Origin: Mobula hypostoma
Taxonomy: Eukaryota
Assembly (NCBI RefSeq): GCF_963921235.1
Contig: NC_086097.1
Span: forward strand, 62,312,001-62,376,000
Reading direction: 5' to 3'
DNA: 64,000 bases
Part shown: one piece after another, positions 24,080 through 38,000 of the stretch
Numbering within the stretch: position 1 is the stretch's first letter
Layout of the letters: the number at the start of each line of letters is the position of its first letter
Notes under the pieces: generated by a model
Seen by the model: the letters and a program-made list of their open reading frames with translations, nothing else
The model's database searches: none
What the model was told of the DNA's origin: nothing
Position numbers and translations under genes: made by a program

Positions 24080-26618
24080 TCAGGTACAGGAAAGTGCCAC
24101 CCTGAATCCTTTGAGATTTGGAGAAAATATAAGAAAGATGTTAAGAAAGCACATATGAGGGTAAAAAGGGGATATGAAATGGCCATTGCCATAAAGATAG
24201 TCCCAAAATATTTTATAAGCATTTAGAAACTGGAAGGTAGCTGAGAAAAAGGGGAAAAATGGACAGATTTATGTGGAAGAAGGGGGTGTTTGGTATCCTG
24301 AATGAATACATTACATCAGTATACTGTATAGCAAGGAAAAGATTGGGGAGGGCAGGATGGAGAATTACAGAATGTGTGTGGATATATAGTCTAGAATACA
24401 TATGTATCAAGAAAGAGGAAGAATTAAAGATGTTAACATACACTAAGGTGGACTGGACTCCAGCATCTCATATAATCTATCCCAGGGTAGAATGGGAAGC
24501 AAAAAAAAAGGGTTTTGATGCTCTGATGAAGATTTGTGCACCATATTTACCCATAGGAAAACTACTGGGAAAAATGCCTTAGAGATAGGAATAATCATCA
24601 CTTGAAAAAGCAGGGGCTTTTTTTTTTGAGAAAATTAATAAAGACAAGGTGATAGATACAGCATAGATGGACCTTAGCATGGCTTATGGCAGGGAACTGC
24701 ACAGGAAGCTGATCCAGAAAGTTAGAGGACATGAATCCAAGGCATTTTGGCAAAGGAGATCCAAAAATAGATAGATGGAGGCATAGGATAGAGGTGGAAG
24801 GTTGATTTTCTGAAGTAAATCTGTAACCAGTGGTATACTTACAGGGATTGGTGCTGGGCCTTTGTTACTTTTATGTATAAATGTAAGGAGAATTAAAAAG
24901 GTATGAAAGAGAAATGGGCCAAAATTAATTGGAAGAACACGCTAGCAGTGATGATGGTAGAATAGCAATGGTTGGAGTTTCTGGAAGCAATTCAGAAGGC
25001 ACAAAATAGATACACCCCAAAGAAGAAGTATTCTAAAGACAGGATGACACACTCATGGCTGACAAAGGAAGCTGAAAGGTCAGAAGATAAATAAGTCACC
25101 TGGACCAGATGGATTCATCCCAGGGTTCTGTAAGAGGTAGATGAAGAGATTGTGGAGGCACTGGTAACAATCTTTCAAAAATCACTAGAATCTGGCAAGG
25201 TTCTGGAGGACTGGAAAATTGCAGATGTCAATCCATCCTTCGCGAAGGGCAGGAAGCAGAAGAAAGGAAATTATAGGCCAGTTAGTCTGACCTCAATAGT
25301 TGGGAAGATGTTGGAGCTGATTGTTAAGGATGAGGTTTTGGGGTACTTGAAAGCAGATGATAAAATAGGCCAAAGTCAGCATGGTTTCCTGAAGAAAAAA
25401 ATTTGTCTGACAAATCTGTTGGAATTCTTTGAGGAAATAACAATCAGGATAGGAAAAGGATAAATGGTTGCTGTTTTATTGTTGGATTATCAGACATCGT
25501 GCCCTAATTGAGTCTGCTTAGCAATAGAAGAGCCCTAGTATTTCAGGAAATATACCAGCATAGGTAGAGCATTGGCTGATAGAGCAGGAGGCAAGGAATG
25601 GAAGTAAAGGGAGCATTTATTGATTGGCTGCTGGTGACACCCACAGGGGTCAGTGTTAGGATTGCTTTTTTTACATCGTATATCAATGATTTAGATGATG
25701 GAATTGATGGCACTGTGGAGGAGTTTGTGACCAATATGATAATAGGTGAAGCGGCAGGTCATTTTGAGAAAGCAGGATGGCTGCAGACGGATTTACACAG
25801 ATTAGGAGAATGGTCAAAGAAATAGCAGATGGAATACAGTGTCAGGAGGTGCATGGTCATGCACTTTATTAGAAGGAATAAAAGCATAGACTATTTTCTA
25901 AACTGGGAGAAAATTCAAAAATCGAATGTGCAAGGGGACACCCTAAAGATTAAATTGCAGGTTGAGTTCATGGTGAGGGAGGCAAATGCAATGTTAGCAT
26001 TCATTTCGTGAGAAGAAGAATATGAAAATAAGGATGTAATGCAGAGGCTTTATAAAGCACTGGTACGGCCTCACTTGGAGTACAGTCAGCAGTTTTGGGC
26101 ACCTTATCTAAAGAAGGATGTGCCGACATTGCAGAGGGTTCAAAGAAAGTTCACGGAAATGGTTTTGAGAATGAATGGTTTATCCTATGAGGAGCATTTG
26201 ATAGCTTTGGGCCTGTTCTCACTGGAATTTAGAAGCATGAGGGGGGATCTAATTGAAGCCTATTGAATGTTGAAAAACTTAGATAGAGTGGATGTGAAGA
26301 GGTTATTTCCTATACTGGGGGAGTCTTGGACCACAGGGTACAAGTTGAGAATAGAGCGGCATCCATTTAAAATGGAGATGATGAGGGATTTCTTTAGCCA
26401 GAGGGTGGTGAATATGTAGAATTAGTTGCCACAGGTGGCTGGAAGACCAGATCATTGGGTATATTTCAAGTGGATAGTTTCTTGATTAGTCAGGGCTTGA
26501 AAGGTTATGGGGAGAACACAGGATGATAGGGATGAGACGGGGCCTGGATCAGCCATGATGAAATGGTGGAGCAGACTTAATGGGCCAGATGGCCTAATTC
26601 TGCTCTTATATTTTATGG
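24080..26618 (+). mobile_element. Two juxtaposed decayed CR1 LINE pieces
   Basis: KGNYRPVSLTS, HGFLK, CLTNLLEFFEE, LVRPHLEY; CR1 3' UTR at 26540-26618. Confidence 0.85.
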
Positions 26619-26644
26619 ACTTTTCAAAGATGACTTAATAAATC

Positions 26645-27030
26645 TATACTACTATAATAACCGTAACAGAATCAATGAAAGACCACACCAACTTGAGTGT
26701 TCAACCGGGGTGCGAAAGACAATAAACTGTACAAATACAAAAAGAAAAAAATAATAATATAAATAAATAAATAATCAACAAATATCAAGAACATGAGATA
26801 AAGAGTCCTCGAAAAGTTGTAGGAACATTTTAATGATGTGGCAAGTGAAACTGAGTGAAGTTTTCCCCTTTGGTTCAAGAGCCTGATGATTGAGGGGTAA
26901 TAACTGTTCCTATGTTCCCTGATGATGGATGCTGTTTTCCTGCAACTGCATTTCATGTAGAAGTGCTCAATGGTGGGGAAGGCTTTACCTGTTATGGACT
27001 GGGCCGTATCCACTATTTTTGCTGGGATTT
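26645..27030 (-). mobile_element. Rex1/Babar-type LINE 3' end
   Basis: KIVDTAQSITGKAFPTIE...RNSYYPSIIRLLN. Confidence 0.75.
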
Positions 27031-27039
27031 TTATAGGAT

Positions 27040-28960
27040 TTACTAAAACAGGCTCCTGCCAAACATGGCTACTGTGTCCACTCCTTGAACTCGTTACTAC
27101 AGATCGGGAAGAAATGGCAATAGACAAAACAGTGTCAGGTGACCTTCCAAAAGGTAAAGGAAATGGTGTAGTGACTCACTGTACACACACATTATGATCC
27201 ATATCATCCAGTGAAGCTTGCCTTTGATGCCTTTCCTTATAGGTGCGGTCATGTCACATATTATGAGTGATGAAAGTGAACGCCCTATAGACTTTTTATC
27301 ACGTTCCCATACCACTGCAGAGAAAAATTATACACAGATTGACAGAGAGGCCTTGAGTCTGGTTTGGGGTGTAAAACATTTCAACGAGTACTTGCGTGGG
27401 ACAGAGTTTGCCCTCATTACTGATCATCAGCCACTAGTGCCCATTTTCAATCCACAGAAGAGTGTTTTACTAACAGCAGCAGCATAAATGCAGAGATGGG
27501 CTCTGTTTCTAGCAAGACACAATTAGAAGATCAAATTCAAGAGGAAAACTAATCATGGGTAAGCAGATGGATTATCTGGATTACCATTGGGAAAGCAAAT
27601 ACCTGAAAAAACTTACAAAATAGGATATTCCTCTTCATGTCTTTTCCCTAATGCAAATCGAAAGTCTCCTCATTACAGCAGATTTGATCCAAAGGAAAAC
27701 TAGATAAGACCCCACACTGTCTCAGGTCTGCATGGCCTTCCAAAATGGCTGAAACGTGTAGCAGAAACTCCAGTTCCCTCATTTTTACCAGCCTCAGACT
27801 GAATTTTCCCTTGATGGTGGTTGCCTTATGGTGGGGATTGAAAGTTGTAGTATCATCCAAAAATGAGAGCTAAAGTGTTGGATCAGCTAGAATGTCGGTC
27901 ATCTATGCATGGTTAAAATGAAAGGATCCGTTCAAAGCTTTGTCTGGTGGCCTGGGATAGTTCAGGAGATTGAGTAACTTGCTATGCACTGTTCAGGATA
28001 CCTACACGTCCAGAAGATGCCAAGAAAGTTGCTTCTCGATCTCTGGGAATGGCCTACATTGCTTTGGCAGATGATTCATGTGGATTTTGTCAGACACATA
28101 TTTCTTGGTAGTTGTGGTTGCAGCTACAAAGTGGCCAGAAGTGTTGCCAACAGCCTCTGCTACAGCATCGCACTGATGATGAGTTGAGGAGCAACTTCTC
28201 AAGGTCTGATGTTCCAGAAGATTTAGTCAATGACAATGGACCGCAGTTTGTTGCAGAACAGTTGCACTCATTCCAGAAAATTAACAGAGTAAGACTTATT
28301 ACATCTGCACCTTACTACCCAGCTTGGTGTTAAGGTTTGTCCAGAGTCTAAGAAACACACTGTCAGCAGGACACATTACACTAACACTGAATCAGAAGGT
28401 CATCAATTTCCTCCTTGCAAACTGCAATGCAGCACACTCCACAACCAAAAACACACCAGCAATGCTGTTCCTGGGTCATACCTTGTACTCACACTTGGGT
28501 CTGCTCAAACCCAATCTTAAACAAACAGCTGAGACAAACAGCTCCTCAAACAAGGAGATTCAATGTTTCACTCCTGGACAAGCTGTTCTGGCAAGGAACT
28601 ATAGCGGTGATTAAAAAGTGGGTACTTGGAAAGATTAAGCACAGAAATGGACCACTCTCCTACACAGTGGAGATTGTATCTGATCTCATCTAGAGACAAC
28701 ACTTTGATCAGTTGAGGAAAGCAATCCATTGTTGTCGAAGAAAGTTGTCTAGAGCTGTCAGAACCACTTCCTGCAGCCCCAGAGTCAACTCCTACAAACA
28801 CCATGGAGGAGGTCCCAGAAACTGAACTTGTTTCACAGGCCGAGAACTCAAAGTGGTTTTAAAGGCACAATTTTCTCCTGCCAAGCAGACTGACCCCTGG
28901 TTAGGAAAGATGTTATCCCAAAGATTAAGAAATCCTCCACAGTGATTAAATCCCTTTAGG
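27040..28960 (+). mobile_element. Ty3/Gypsy pol remnant (RNase H then integrase)
   Basis: IGAVMSH...ERPI...AEKNYTQIDREALSLVWGVKHF...LITDHQPL; FVWWPG, IHVDF, NDNGPQF, SAPYYPA; many stops and frameshifts. Confidence 0.9.
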
Positions 28961-30399
28961 CCTAGATGAGACAATTTAAAATCATGGAACAAACTAATCA
29001 TTCTCTTTTTGTACTCCCCTGGATCAGAAACAAACAAGCCTGACTGCCTTCTGCTCACAAATGGCAGTAGAGAATTCTAATTTTATTTGGGTAACAAGAA
29101 TAACAATCAAGACCGGTATTGGAATGTTTTGAGTAAAAGTCAAGCTCTGATTTTACCTTTTATGTTTCAAAGGTCATTACCAGAACAGTCATTTACTTGA
29201 AGATGGAGCGGTGTATTTCATTTTGAGCAAAATTTCTGCTATTTATGGTATAATCATAAGCCAAAATTCCTGAAAAAGAAGGGAAATATTTAATAAAGTG
29301 TATATTGATTTCCTAGACTTTGATAGTGATTGGTAATGGAATGGACATGACAAATGGCTATCAGGCAATGACAGTAAGGGCAAAATTCCACTTTTGAATG
29401 TTTATAGCTAAACCAAGATTTGCTCCTGAGCTATTTAGCCTGGCTGTAAACATTCAGATTTCCACACCTGACAGATTTCCCATCAAAACTGATGGAACAT
29501 AGCCATATAATCATTCTCCTGCAGGGAACATTGTAAAAGATAACTGTAAACAGCTGATAGTCATTTTAGCCACTTTGGCATGGGGAATTTCAAAGTTTCT
29601 TGCATTTAGATGAGGAATTCTCAGCTCCTCAATGTACTTTCAGGAGGTAGCAAAGAGAGATGAGTATGGGAATGCAGTCGATGCAACTCATCCAAATTTT
29701 AAAATAGTCTTCAATTATGTACCCTCTCATAAACTAATGAATTTAACTAGAAAATACAGAATCTGGGGATAACAAACGGAATGATTTACTAACCAGCTTC
29801 AGAAAGGAAGTAGAGCATGTCGTTAAAGGTTGACGATGCACAATGGAAGGAAGTACCCAGAGGCATTCCATAAGGAAAACTTGGGGGCCACTGCTATCCA
29901 CCAACCACTTTTGATTTCAATCCTAGTGTCAACAGTTCTAAAGTTGTGGATGATACCAAATTGTGGAGACAATGAATATGGAGGTGGATAGCATCATATC
30001 AAAAAAGGGTATTAATAAACTCAGTATAGTCAAATAATTGACAAGCAAATTAATGTAAGGCAGTACAATATGATATTAGAATGGAAAGGCTAATCATTGC
30101 CTGTAAGTTCCAAGGTCGAGTTGAGGAATGAAGGGATGTTAGGGGATATTGATTTACTAGGTTTACTGATAGCTATTTGTAATGGAATGGCTATGAAAAC
30201 TGGTATTCATCCAATTTTATCACATGGAATATAGAAACAAAGGGATATTGGAAAATACTGTAAATATACCAACCACTAAAATCTACCCTATAGAGGAGAA
30301 AAACACACTAAAAAGATAAACCAAATTCTACAGTTTATTTTTGAAGGATAGAATTAATTTACTAATTTTTAGCTTGGGGAAACACACACACACACACCA

Positions 30400-30880
30400 A
30401 TCCTCACTGAGGGGCTAGAGTGGAAAGGGTGAGCGGTTTCAAGATCCTGGGTGTCACTGTCTCCGAAAATCTGTCCTGGCCCAACATATTGATGCAACTA
30501 CACAGAAGGCACAGCAGTGAATATATTTCATTAGCAGTTCAAGGAGAATTGGTACATCACCAAAGACACTTACAAGTTTCTACAGGTGTAACATGGAGAC
30601 TGGTTGCCTCACCATCTGTGTAGAGGGTCCGCTGCACAGGATCAGAAAAAGCTACAGAAAGCTGTAAGCTCAGCCAGCTCCATCATGAGCACAAGCCTCT
30701 CCAGCATCGAGGACAGCTTGAAGAACCAATGCCTCAAAAAGGCTGCAGGCATCATCCAGGACATGCCATCTTCTCATTGTTACCATCAAGAAGGAAGTAC
30801 AGGAGCCTGAAGACACCCACTGTATATTTTAGGAACAGCTTCTCCCCTGCTGCCATCAGATTTCTGAAAGGGCAATGAAC
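30400..30880 (+). mobile_element. Rex1/Babar-type LINE 3' fragment
   Basis: VERVSGFKILGVTVSENLSW; QDQKKLQKAV...CLKKAAGII. Confidence 0.75.
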
Positions 30881-31429
30881 CCATGTACACTATGTGTTAT
30901 TATATGTGTACAGTATAAAGAACTTCATTTCCCAGTGTGCAATGCAAGCAGTTCACCCAGAACTGGAAGTGATATCGGTGAATGGATCACACGCGCTCTT
31001 CAGGCTGTGGTCAAGCTAAAGCCATTACTGTTAATAAGTGTTTTAGTCTTTTACCCATGCAAGTTTGTCTTTTATCAAGAACAAACATAACATGGTTTCA
31101 GAAGTCAGCATGAGGTCTAAATAAGAAGCGTAACTAAATACCAAGAGTGACTAAGAAAGAGACTCTAGGTTCTGATAGAGAGAAGTTGCTGGCAAGAGAA
31201 CATGCTGTCTTGAAGTGTACCAAGTGATTCAGGTGAGAAAAGCCCAAAAAATTCCGTAATCGATATCCTAAGTCCTCCAGCACTTAGTTTATCAGCAACC
31301 TTCACTGATAACTAGAAACACCTCAAACAGTGATTCAGTATATATTCAGTGGTGAGTAGAGCCGGAGACGTAGAGGAAAAATTGAAAGCGTCTATCTTTC
31401 TGTGTGTTTCTGTGTGTAAACACATTAGA

Positions 31430-33550
31430 AACAATGAAAGTCTACATGCAACAGCATGGATAAACAACCAATATGCAAAGGACAACAAACAAGTATGAAA
31501 GAGAAAAAAATAATAAATAAATAAGCAAAAAATATCAGGAAAATGAGATGAAGCGTCCTTGAAAGTGAGCCCATAGATTCTGGGAACAGTTCAGTGTTGG
31601 GGCGACTGAAGTTGAGTTAAGCTACCCCTCTGGCTCAGGAGCCTGATGGTTGAGGGGTAATAACTATTCCTCAATCTGGTGATCTGTGTCCTGAGGATTC
31701 TTTACCTTCTGCCTGATGGCAGCAGTGAGAAGAGAGGATATTCTATGTGGTGGGGGTCCCTGATGATAGATGCTGCTTTCCTGTGACAATGCTCCATGTA
31801 GATGTTCTCAATGGTGTGGAGAGCTTTACCCATGATACACTGGGCCATAGCCATTACTTTTTGTAGGATATTCCATTTAAGGCTATTGTTGTTTCCACAC
31901 CAGGCCATGATGCAACCAGTCAATAAACTCTTACCATACACCTATAGAAGTTTGTGAAAGCTCAGGATGGCATACCAAGTCTTCACAAACTTCTAAGGAA
32001 GTAGAAGCACTGTCTTTCTTTCTTTGTGATTGTACTTATGTGCCAAGCCCAGGACAGATCCACTGAAAAGAGAACACTGAGGGATTTATAGTTGCTGACC
32101 CTCTCCGCCTCTGATCCCCTGACGAGGACTGGCTGATGGACCTCCGATTTCCTCTTCCTGAAGTCAATCAGCTCCTTGGTCTTGCTGAAATTGAGTGAAA
32201 GATTGCTGTTGTAGCACCATTCAGCCAGATTTTCAATCTCTCTCCTACCTTTTGATTCATCATCACCTTTGATTCAGCGAACAACAGTAGTGTCACCAGC
32301 AAACTTAAGTATGGTATGGAAGCCAAGTTCTTGAAGCTTATTGATTAGTTTTGAGGGGATGATGGTACTGAATGCTGAGCTGCAGTCGATGTATGAGCAT
32401 CCTGATGTATGAACCTTTGCTGTCCAGATGCTCCAGGGTTGAGTGAAGAGCCAATGTAATGGCACCTGCTGTGGACCTGTTGTGCTGGTAGGAAAACTGG
32501 AGTAGATCCACGTCACTTCTCAGGCAGGAGATGCTATGTTTAATCACCGACCTCTCAAAGCACTTCATCACCATGGACCTAAGTGCTACTGGATGATAGT
32601 CACTGAGGCAGGTTACCACTTCTTAAGCACTGGTATAATCGAAGCCTGCTTAAAGCATGAGGGTACCTCAGATTGCCAAAGCAAGAGATTAAAGATACTT
32701 GTGAACACACCAGCCAGTTGATCAGCGCAGGTCTTTAGTACTTTGCCAGGTACCCTCTCTGGGCCAGTTGCTTTCCATGGGTTCTCCCTTCTAAAGGATG
32801 CACAGACTGAAACCACAGGTCCACCGGGGGCCATAGGATTTCATGAAGGTTCCTCCATATTTTGATGGTCAAAGTGAGTATAGAAGGTATTGAGATCATC
32901 TGGGAGCAAAGCCTTGTTGTTACCTATGTTGTTTGGTTTCACTTTGTAAAGGCTAATAGCATTCAAGCCCTGCAATAGCTATAAAGCATCCCCCAGTGAC
33001 TCAAGTTTAGTCCAGAATTGCCACTTCATCTGTGAGATGGCTTTCTGGAGATCGTTCCTGGACCTCTTGTATCTTATTTGGTCACCAGACCTGAATGCCT
33101 CTGAATTGGCCCTGAAAAGATTAGAAATCTCATAGTTCATCCAGGTCTTCTGGTTGGTGAAGTCTCTGAATGATTTTATTCGGACATACTCAATATGTTT
33201 TTTTTTGTAACTCAATATGTTTTAATAAAATCTGTAACTGTTTTAATAAAATCTGTAACAACTGTTTAGATCCTCTGATGAGTCCTTGAACACGGTCCAG
33301 TCCACTGACTCAAAGCAACCCTGGAGCCACTCCTCTGCTTCCTGAGACCACCGCTTTGTTGAAGTCTTGTTCTTTAGCCTCTGCCTGTTATTAATTATTA
33401 TTATTATGTATGCAGGTAGGAGGAGGACAGCCAAGTGATCAGATTTCCCTAAATGTGGTCTAGTCATGGAACAGGAGGCGTTCCTAATCATAGTGTAGCA
33501 ACGGTTTAGTGTGTTAGGACCCCTCGTGCTGCAGTTTCTGTGCTGAATAA
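31430..33550 (-). mobile_element. Rex1/Babar-type LINE, long decayed fragment (EN end, RT, 3' UTR)
   Basis: [45 protein letters not shown]...MKCFER, KFAGDTTVV. Confidence 0.9.
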
Positions 33551-33814
33551 TTGAAGGGTTTTTATCTCCAAGGTTCTTCACGGAGATACCATGGTAACCT
33601 TGTAGGTGCCTGGTCATGAACCAGGCACTCATCTATCCAGCTCTTGGTCACAGTGCACCCCACAATCCCCACATTCTGCTCTTTGAATGATCTGCCATGT
33701 TACTGGTAGGAGCTAACCTTGCCTGTGCCTACCTTATCCAGGATAATATCACACAGTAGTAAATCAAGGCTAAAAGACTTTTCACCACTCATCTGAGAGA
33801 CCTCTTCAGTTCTA

Positions 33815-34410
33815 ACCCCTGGTGGAAACTCAGAAGGATTTCCAACTAACACCAAATCCCTGTGTTTTTTAAACCTACAAACACACTCAAACAGAAACTC
33901 ATCCACCCCCAGGATCCTCCACCCAAACATAAACAGAGCAATATTGTATATGCTATCCAATGCAATGAGAACTGCACAGATTTGTGAATCAGCGAGACAA
34001 AACAACAAATGGATGGCAAATATAGGAGGCTAACATCTCAGGTCAAGATTCAGCTGTGTAGCTACACCTAAAGGACAAGGGACACTCCTTCAATGACAAC
34101 AATGTGCACATTTTGGACAGGGAGGACAAACTGGAAAACCCATCCTGGAGCAGAGGGGTAGGGCACAACACCACTTATCAGCTACTTACAATGTAGCCTT
34201 AGCATCTCTACCCAGGTGCTTCCACAACAGTTCATACCTCCATTCAAGCAAAGGTAAGACTAATGACCCTCTTGTTACCTTTACGACTCTTAACGACCTT
34301 CATGTGAGTGCGATACCTTTAACCATCTCAGAATTTATAAGCCAGGAAAATTACCCACCATGGATTAGAACTGAAGAAGCCTCTTGGATGCGTAGCAAAA
34401 TTTCTTTGAG
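33815..34410 (+). mobile_element. Second Penelope-like family (Poseidon/Penelope-type GIY-YIG), decayed
   Basis: IPVFFKPTNTLKQKLIHP...SNIVYAIQC...ETKQ...SGQDSAV.LHLKDKGHSFNDNNVHILDRED; CTGAAGA core at 34371-34377. Confidence 0.8.
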
Positions 34411-35092
34411 ACAATTTTAAGAGCAAAAACAACAGATTAAAAAGGACACTGAAGCCATTTCTTCATGATGTGTATATGGACTGAGCTGCCAGAAATAATG
34501 TTTGAAGCTGGCACATTGGCAACATTTAAAAGCCATCTAGGTAAGTAAATTGATAGGAGAGAGTTGGATGGCAGTGGGCCAAATATGAGCAGATGGGACC
34601 AGCTCACGACTAATCAGTACATCCCATATAGATGAGATGGGCTGATGGGCACATTTCCATGCAGTGTGACTGACCAAATGGCATAGGAGTACTAAACTAA
34701 CAGATAAAATAAAGAACCAGAGTTTAGATTTGTGAGCAATCTCCATAATTTGTAGTTTCATTTTAATCAAAAAGCATTTTGGGATGTTAGCTGTAGGATG
34801 TAGAGAGCCTAATGAGGAAAAGGGAAATTGGGCTCTTTGGGTTATGGACACTGATTAAGTGATGTTTCCTGTGTACAATTTAATTATATCAGGGTCCTGC
34901 GTATTCCATTTGTAACACCTGTGTAGTGCTGCATTCTTTATGAGAAAATCGAATTGCATAGTACTACACCAGGTGGTAGCAGGTCATCAGAAGCTCCAGA
35001 TACCGGAAGGAAGCAGTGAATGGAAAACACACACTTCTGGAGGTATGTTTTGTTCATAAAAATAGCAATATATACAAAATATTTAAAACCAC

Positions 35093-38000
35093 GAGCCCAT
35101 AAGACAAAGGAGCAGAAGTCGGCCATTCGGCCCATCAAGTCTGCTCTGCTATTTTATCATGAGTTGATCCATTCTCCCATTTAGTCCCACTCCCCCGCGT
35201 TCTCACCATAACCTTTGATGTCCTGGCTACTCAGATACCTATCAATCTCTGCCTTAAATACACCCAATGACTTGACATCCACTGCCGCCCATGGCAACAA
35301 ATTCCATAGATTCACTACCCTCTGGCTAAAAAAATTTCTTCGCATCTCTTTTCTGAATGGGTGCCCTTCAATTCTTAAGTCATGTCCTCTCGTACTAGAC
35401 TCCCCCACCATGGGAAACAATTTTGCCACATCCACTCTCTCCATGCCTTTCAACATTTGAAACGTGTCTATGAGGTCCCCACTCATTCTTCTAAACTCCA
35501 AGGTATACAGTCCAAGAGCGGACAAACTTTCCTCATATGTGAACCCTCTCATTCCTGGAATCATTCTAGTGAACCTTATCTGAACCCTCTCCAACGTCAG
35601 CACATCCTTTCTTAAATAAGGAGCCCAAAACCTCCCACAGTACTCCAAGTGAGGTCTTACCAGTGCCTTATAGAGCCTCAACATCACATCCCTGCTCCTA
35701 CACTCTATTCCTAGCATTCTCCTAGGGTGCATCACAACCTAGTATGGAAGTCCTCCTGTCCAAGACCAAAAGAAGCTGCAGAAGATCGTGAACACAGCGC
35801 TGCACATCACACAAACCAATCTTCCATCCTTGGACTCACTTTACACTGCATGCTGTCGAAGCAGTGCTGCCAAGATAATCAAGGACACGACCCACCCAGC
35901 CAACACACTTTTCGTCCCTCTTCCCTCCGGGAGAAGGCTCAGGAGCCTGAAGGCTTGTACGGCTAGATTTGGGAACAGCTTCTTTCCAATTGTGATAAGA
36001 CTGCTGAATGGATCCTGACCCGGATCTGGGCCGTACCCTCCAAATATCCGGACCTGCCTCTCGGTTTTTATTGGACTACCTTACTTCCCATTTTTCTATT
36101 TTCTATTTATGATTTATAATTTAAATGTTTAATATTTACTAATTTTTACTATTTTTATATTTAATATTTGTAATCCAGGGAGCGGGAAGCGCAGAATCAA
36201 ATATCGCTATGATGATTGCACGTTCTAGTATCAATTGTTTGGCGACAATAAAGTATAAAGTATAAAGTATAAAAGTATAAAGTATTCCTCTAGAAATGAA
36301 TGCCAACATTGCATTCGCCTTCTTCACCACCGACTCAACATAGAGGTTAACCTTAAGGGTATCCTGCACGAGGACTCCCAAGTCTCGTTGCATCTCAGAA
36401 CATTGAATTCTCTCCCCATTTAAATAATAGTCTGCCCATTTATATCTTCTACTAAAGTACATAACCATACACTTTCCAATATTTTATTTCATTTGCCACT
36501 TCTTTGCCCATTCTCCCAATCTATCCAAGTCTCTCTGTAGACTCTCTGTTTCCTCAGCACTACCGGCCCCTCCACCTATCTTTGTATCAACAGCAAACTT
36601 AGCCACGAAGCCATATATTCCATGATCCAAATCGTTGATGTACAACGAAAAAAGAAGCAGCCCCAACACGGACCCTTGTGGAACACCACTGGTAACCGGC
36701 AGCCAAACAGAATAGGATCCCTTTATTCCCACTCTCTCTTTCCTGCCAATCAGCCAGTGCTCTATCCACGTATGTAACTTTCCCGTAATTCCATGGGCTC
36801 TTATCTTGTTAAGCAGCCTTGTGTGTGGCACCTTGTCAAAGGCCTTCTGAAAATCCAAATATATAACATCCACTGCATCTCCCTTGTCCAGCCTACTTGT
36901 AATTTCCTCAAAAAATTGCAATAGGTTTGTCAGGCAGGATTTTCCTTTAAGAAAACCATTGAGTGCCCGGTATACTGCTGATGTCTTCCTCAGTGAAGAC
37001 TGAAGCAAAACACTCATTCAGTTCTTCCCCCATCTCCTTATCCCACATTACAATTTATCCAGCATCATTTTCTATCGGTCCTATATCTACTCTCACCTGT
37101 CGTTTACTCTTTATACACTTGAAAAAGCTTTTAGTATCCTCTTTGATGTTATTTGCTAGCTTCCTTTCATAGTTCATCTTTTCCACCTTAATGACCTTCT
37201 TGGTTTCCTTTTGTAAGCTTTTAAAAATTTCCCAATCCTCTGTCTTCCCACTAATTTTTGCTTCCTTGTATGCCCTCTCCTTTGCTTTAACTTTGGCTTT
37301 GACTTCTCCTGTCGGCCACGGTTGCATCCTTTCTCTATTCAAAAATTTCTTCTTTTTTGGAATATATCTGTCTTGCACCTTCCTCTCTTCTCACATAAAC
37401 TTCAGCCACTGCTGCTCTGCTGTCCTTCCCGCCAGTGTCCCTTTCCAGTCAACTTTGGCCTGTTCCTCTGTCATGCCACTGTAATTTCCTTTACTCCACT
37501 GAAATACCGACACATCAGATTTCGGCTTCTCTTTCTCAAATTTCACTGTGAACTCAATCATGTTATGATTACTGCTTCCTAAGGGTTCCTTCACCTCAAT
37601 CTCTTTAATCACCTCCGGTTCATTACACAATACCCAATCCACTACAGCCGATCCCCTAGTGGGCTCAACAACAAGCTGTTCTAAAAAGCCATCTCGCAGA
37701 CATTCTACAAATTCTCTCTCTTGAGATCCAGTGCCGACCTGATTTTCCCAATCCACTCGCATGTTAAAATCCCCCACAATTATCATAACACTGCCCTTCT
37801 GACAAGCCTTTTCTATTTCCTGTTGTAATTTGTAATCCACATCACTGCAGCTGTTAGGAGGCCTGTATATAACTGCCATCAGGGTCCTTTTACCCCTGCG
37901 ATTTCTTAGCTCAACCCATAAAGATTCTGCACCTTCCGATCCTGTCACCTCTCTCTAATGATTTAATATCATTTCTTACCAATAAAGCCACGCCTCCCCC

